In this document: piece by piece, positions 8,167 to 11,625 of the stretch
Position numbering within the stretch: position 1 is the first letter of the stretch
Layout: every line of letters begins with the position of its first letter
Assembly (NCBI GenBank): GCA_039714075.1
Contig: JBDLKA010000107.1
Coordinates: 1-11,625 of the forward strand
Reading direction: 5' to 3'
Length of the DNA: 11,625 bases
Source of the DNA: Candidatus Krumholzibacteriota bacterium
GTDB lineage: Bacteria; Krumholzibacteriota; Krumholzibacteriia; LZORAL124-64-63
Translations under genes and position numbers: made by a program
The notes under the pieces: model-generated
The model's database searches: none
What the model was told of the DNA's origin: nothing
What the model saw: the letters and a program-made list of their open reading frames with translations, nothing else

Positions 8167-8457
8167 GTGCCCGAATTCGACGACAAGGGCTACCTGCTGG
8201 ATTTCAACGCCTGGACTCCCGACCTCGCCGCGGAACTGGCGGCAAGCGAGGATATCGGTGAATTGACACCCGACCACTGGCGGGTCATCGACTTCCTGCG
8301 CGCGCACCAGGCCGAGCACGGCGTCGCGCCCATGATCAGGGTGTTGTGCAAGGAAACCGGGTTTACGCTCAAGGTAATCTACGAACTGTTTCCCAACGGG
8401 CCCGCCAAGGGCGCCTGCCGCGTGGCGGGACTGCCGCGGCCCGATTCCTGTGTCTGA
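8167..8457 (+). CDS. dsrC: TusE/DsrC/DsvC-family sulfur relay protein with both C-terminal cysteines (DsrC-type), 96 aa
   Basis: Strong RBS AGGAGGA (8157-8163) before the GTG at 8167; the TTG at 8119 overlaps the predicted -10 box and is unlikely. Family motifs: DDKGYL..FNAW, LTPDHWRVIDFLR, APMIRVLCKETG, IYELFPNGPAKGACRVAGLPRPDSCV. Cys84-X10-Cys95 tail. Family membership is confident; true DsrC function is not established. Confidence 0.92.
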   Translation: MPEFDDKGYLLDFNAWTPDLAAELAASEDIGELTPDHWRVIDFLRAHQAEHGVAPMIRVLCKETGFTLKVIYELFPNGPAKGACRVAGLPRPDSCV

Positions 8458-8484
8458 CCGAAGGCCTACCTGGAGGATGTTTTC

Positions 8485-10221
8485 ATGATGATTCGCCGTC
8501 TCGCCACGTTTGTCGTCCTGGCCGCCGTTCTCGCGGTGGCCGGCTGTTCGTCCGGACCCTCGGCCGATGACCGGTTCGTCGCCCTGGTGAACAACTATCT
8601 GGAGCAGATGCTGGCCTTCAACCCCGAGTGGGCCACCAACCTGGGCGACCATCGGTTCGACGGCGAGGTCAGCGACATGTCGGAAGCGGGCTTCCAGGAC
8701 CGCGTGGCGTTCAACCGCGCCTACCTCGACTCCCTGGAGCAGATCGATCCGGGAAAACTCGGACTGGCCAACCGCATCGACTATGAAATCCTCAGGGACC
8801 GTTGTCGGCAGGCCGTCTTCATGATCACCGAGGTGCAGGAGTACAAGTGGAATCCCACCATGTACAACCCGGGTGACGGGATCTACAACATCCTGGTCCG
8901 CGACTACGCCCCGCTGCCCGAGCGGTTGGCGGCAGTCAAGTCGCGACTGCTCAAGATCCCCGGCGTTCTCGAGGCGGCCCGGACCAATCTGGACAACCCA
9001 CCGCCGATCATGACCCAGACCGCCATAAAACAGAATCCCGGGGTCATCAACCTGATCATGGACGGGTTGCAGCCCTATCTCGACGAGGCGCCGGGAATGA
9101 AGGACGAGTTCACCACCGCCCGTTCGCGCGCCATCGCCGCCCTGGACCATTACGGTCGCTGGCTGGAGTCGGACCTGCTCCCCCGCTCGAACGGAAACTT
9201 CCGCCTGGGAGCGGATCTTTGGGGTCGGAAGCTGAAATTTTCGCTCTCGTCGGACCTGGCTCCAGCCCAGATCCTGGCCAACGCCGAAAGCGATCTGGTT
9301 ACCACCCGGCAGCAGATGTACGAAATCGCCCTGCCCCTGTACCGGGATTATTTCGGCGGCCATGTGGATGATGAATCGCCGGGCAAGGACGCCGTCATCC
9401 GCCGGGTGCTGGCCCGGCTGGCCGACGATCACCCCACCAATGAAACCATCGTGCCCCAGGCCCGTGAAGGTTTGAAGGAAATCACGGAATTCGTGCGCAA
9501 AAAGAACCTGGTCGATGTTCCCGACGACCCGGTGGAGATCATCGTCATGCCCGAGCACCAGCGCGGATTCGCCATCGGCTACTGCGATTCGCCGGGTCCC
9601 CTGGAGGAGAAGGGCACCACGTTCTACGCCATCAGTCCCACGCCAAAGGACTGGTCCGCCGAGCGCGCGGAAACCTTCTACCGCGAGTACAACAACTACA
9701 TGCTGGAGAACCTGACCGTGCACGAGGCCATGCCCGGCCACTACCTGCAGATCGCCCACGCCAACAAGTTCGAAGCCTCGACGCCCTTGCGGGCCATCTT
9801 CTCCAGCGGCACTTTCGTCGAAGGCTGGGCCACCTATGCCGAGCAACTGATGGTGGAAGTCGGTTACGGCGGACCCGAACTGCACCTGCAGCAGTTGAAG
9901 ATGCGGCTGCGTCTGATCATCAACGCCATCATCGACCAGAAGATCCACACCGCCGGCATGACCGAGGGCGAAGCCATGGAAATGATGATGATCGACGGCT
10001 TCCAGGAGGAAGGCGAGGCGGCCGGCAAGTGGATCCGCGCCCAGCTCAGCTCGACGCAGCTTTCCACCTACTATGTGGGCAACATGGAGATCAACGGGTT
10101 GCGTCAGGCGGCCGAGAAGAAGGCCGGCGGCAAGTTCGATCTGAAGAATTTCCACAACGAGGTGCTGAGCTTCGGCTCGCCCGCGCCCCGGTACGTGGCC
10201 GAGCTGATGGATCTGGACTGA
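8485..10221 (+). CDS. DUF885-family lipoprotein (putative zinc metallopeptidase), 578 aa
   Basis: RBS GGAGGA (8472-8477); signal peptide with lipobox VAG-C21. Family motifs NPEWATNLGDHRFD, LTVHEAMPGHYLQ (HEAMPGH at 9721-9741), FVEGWATYAE, QLSTYYVG and FDLKNFHNEVLSFGS. Confidence 0.92.
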   Translation: MMIRRLATFVVLAAVLAVAGCSSGPSADDRFVALVNNYLEQMLAFNPEWATNLGDHRFDGEVSDMSEAGFQDRVAFNRAYLDSLEQIDPGKLGLANRIDYEILRDRCRQAVFMITEVQEYKWNPTMYNPGDGIYNILVRDYAPLPERLAAVKSRLLKIPGVLEAARTNLDNPPPIMTQTAIKQNPGVINLIMDGLQPYLDEAPGMKDEFTTARSRAIAALDHYGRWLESDLLPRSNGNFRLGADLWGRKLKFSLSSDLAPAQILANAESDLVTTRQQMYEIALPLYRDYFGGHVDDESPGKDAVIRRVLARLADDHPTNETIVPQAREGLKEITEFVRKKNLVDVPDDPVEIIVMPEHQRGFAIGYCDSPGPLEEKGTTFYAISPTPKDWSAERAETFYREYNNYMLENLTVHEAMPGHYLQIAHANKFEASTPLRAIFSSGTFVEGWATYAEQLMVEVGYGGPELHLQQLKMRLRLIINAIIDQKIHTAGMTEGEAMEMMMIDGFQEEGEAAGKWIRAQLSSTQLSTYYVGNMEINGLRQAAEKKAGGKFDLKNFHNEVLSFGSPAPRYVAELMDLD

Positions 10222-10238
10222 CACCACAAGGACGTGAC

Positions 10239-11000
10239 ATGCGGAATATTACTTTTGTGCTGCTGGTGGCGGCCGGCCTGGCTGCCGTTCCGGCAGGCGG
10301 CGCGCGCGCGGCCATCGTCAACAGCCTGCGCGGCTGGTCCGAGGATGAGCAGGGCTGGTCCGGCGCCCTGGCCGGAAGTTACGGGGCCAGCGGGGGCAAC
10401 TCGCCCCAATCGACGTTCGAGGGTTCGGGCCGTGTCCAGCTGCGGTCCCAAGCGAACGTCTGGCGTCTGATCGGTTCGGGCAAACGAACCACTGTCCACG
10501 GCGTGGAAACCAAGAAATCCACCCTGGGCCACCTGCGGCACAACTACCTGCTGAGCGACCGCTGGGCCACGCTCGCCTTCCTGCAGGTTCAGAGAAACCC
10601 CTTCCAAAGGCTCGACTCACGCTTTCTGGCCGGTCTGGGCGGAAGGTGGCGGGCGGTGAAGGGCGAGTCGACGCTCATCTACCTTGGCGCGGCGCATATG
10701 TTCGAGCAGGAGAGGATCCGGGACGAGGAGGGTCACACCGAGGCCCAGCGTTTTTCCGGATTCGTTTCACTGGAGGCGAGGCTGAGCGAGGACGTGGTCG
10801 TCGATTTCCTGGCCTTCTACCAGCCCCGCTGGAGTGATTTCAACGACTGGCGCATGTACGGCGAAGTGTCGCTCGAAGTCGAACTGACCGGATCGCTGTC
10901 CCTGTTCACGGGCTACAAGCTGGAGCACAATTCCCGGCCGCCGGCCGAGGTGGAACAGTCCGACTGGGACACGAAGACGGGCCTACTCTTCAAGTTTTAA
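10239..11000 (+). CDS. DUF481/YdiY-like outer-membrane beta-barrel protein, 253 aa
   Basis: The ATG at 10239 has RBS AAGGA (10228-10232), lies 17 nt after the DUF885 stop and gives a signal peptide (…GARA-AIVN). Amphipathic beta-strand pattern throughout (GWSGALAGSYGASGGNS, HLRHNY, RFLAGLGGRW, FYQP) and a terminal Phe (TGLLFKF) typical of BAM substrates. Confidence 0.8.
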   Translation: MRNITFVLLVAAGLAAVPAGGARAAIVNSLRGWSEDEQGWSGALAGSYGASGGNSPQSTFEGSGRVQLRSQANVWRLIGSGKRTTVHGVETKKSTLGHLRHNYLLSDRWATLAFLQVQRNPFQRLDSRFLAGLGGRWRAVKGESTLIYLGAAHMFEQERIRDEEGHTEAQRFSGFVSLEARLSEDVVVDFLAFYQPRWSDFNDWRMYGEVSLEVELTGSLSLFTGYKLEHNSRPPAEVEQSDWDTKTGLLFKF

Positions 11001-11624
11001 GCGCCGACCGCCCATCGCCGCCCAGGCCCCGTAAACCGCAAACGCCACCATGACCAGCAGGGCCAAAACCGCACCCTGGGAATGCCAGGCGGACCAGTCG
11101 GCGGCCCGCGCCATGAATCCAACCTGCGTCATCACCAGGCTGATCAGATAGGCCACCACTCCCCAGCGCAACAGCACGATCAGGGAAATGACCACGTTGG
11201 CCAGGATGAACAACAGGGACTCGAGGGAAGAAGGGCCGTGGAACAACGTCCAGGCGACCAGAGTCAAAGCCAGGGTCGGGACCCGGCGTTTGACCATCAT
11301 CCGGATAACGATCAGGGCCATCACGAAGATCAGGATGAACCCGAAGAACAGGGATTGATCGATGATCCAGGACAGGGCTTCCCTCTGTCCCCGGAGCAAT
11401 TCGAGATGGTAATCCAGGGGTCGGGGCGGTGTGCCGGAAAGCCAGTAGTCGACCCACCAGCGCAAGGGTCCCTCGATGATCAGGCGAGTACCCGCGGCCA
11501 GCAATCCCACCAGGACCGACTTGCCGATCACCGGATCGAGCCATTGAATCCGGGAGCGGCTGAGCAGGCGGCTGGATGCCACAAACATGGTGGGCCACAC
11601 GCGGCGGCCGAGGGGTTCGGCGGC
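10983..11624 (-). CDS. C-terminal multi-pass membrane region of a larger protein that begins beyond the window, resembling the membrane domain of some Ser/Thr protein kinases
   Basis: The minus-strand frame is open to the window edge (AAEPLGRRVWPTMFVASSRLL...DPVIGKSVLVGLLAA), with about 6 hydrophobic segments. From memory, the EPxxRRxWP...SRLL...DPxxGxxVLxG pattern matches membrane-bound Ser/Thr kinases, but no kinase domain is visible here. Stop TAG at 10985-10983. Confidence 0.7.
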   Translation of the reverse strand, partial: AAEPLGRRVWPTMFVASSRLLSRSRIQWLDPVIGKSVLVGLLAAGTRLIIEGPLRWWVDYWLSGTPPRPLDYHLELLRGQREALSWIIDQSLFFGFILIFVMALIVIRMMVKRRVPTLALTLVAWTLFHGPSSLESLLFILANVVISLIVLLRWGVVAYLISLVMTQVGFMARAADWSAWHSQGAVLALLVMVAFAVYGAWAAMGGRRLKLEE

Positions 11625-11625
11625 G

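Noticed and set aside
8455..8484. Possible selenocysteine read-through at the TGA after ...SCV of the DsrC-like gene
   Set aside because: The family normally ends at CV, the TGA does not replace a conserved Cys, and the following bases carry the next gene's RBS rather than an evident SECIS hairpin.
7969..10227. 752-aa ORF on the minus strand
   Set aside because: It lies antisense to the well-supported dsrC-like and DUF885 genes and has no domain signatures.
10029..10238. N-terminal extension of the DUF481-like ORF
   Set aside because: It overlaps the DUF885 gene by about 190 nt. The ATG at 10239 has an RBS and yields a clean signal peptide.

Overview
GC-rich bacterial chromosomal window with eight protein-coding genes and no mobile element, CRISPR array, rRNA or tRNA. 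It opens with the 3' end of an F1Fo ATP synthase operon (5'-truncated atpD, then atpC, then an intrinsic terminator). A small uncharacterised membrane protein and two large exported proteins follow: a lipoprotein with two FN3-like domains and a parallel beta-helix, and a 965-aa protein with QW-motif repeats, cohesin-, FN3- and dockerin-like modules and a FlgD-Ig/T9SS-type C-terminal domain. Next is a probable three-gene operon encoding a DsrC-family protein with the two-cysteine CX10C tail, a DUF885 lipoprotein and a DUF481-like outer-membrane barrel. The window ends in a convergent, truncated multi-pass membrane gene resembling the C-terminal region of membrane Ser/Thr kinases. The secreted proteins suggest a diderm FCB-related lineage such as Krumholzibacteriota, Latescibacterota or Eisenbacteria (inference only). 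The best leads are the dsrC-like gene outside any dsr/tus context, the modular 965-aa protein with its long leader, a 24-bp perfect palindrome, and a TATCCAT heptamer seen only in intergenic DNA. All domain calls are by-eye motif recognition; no searches were run.
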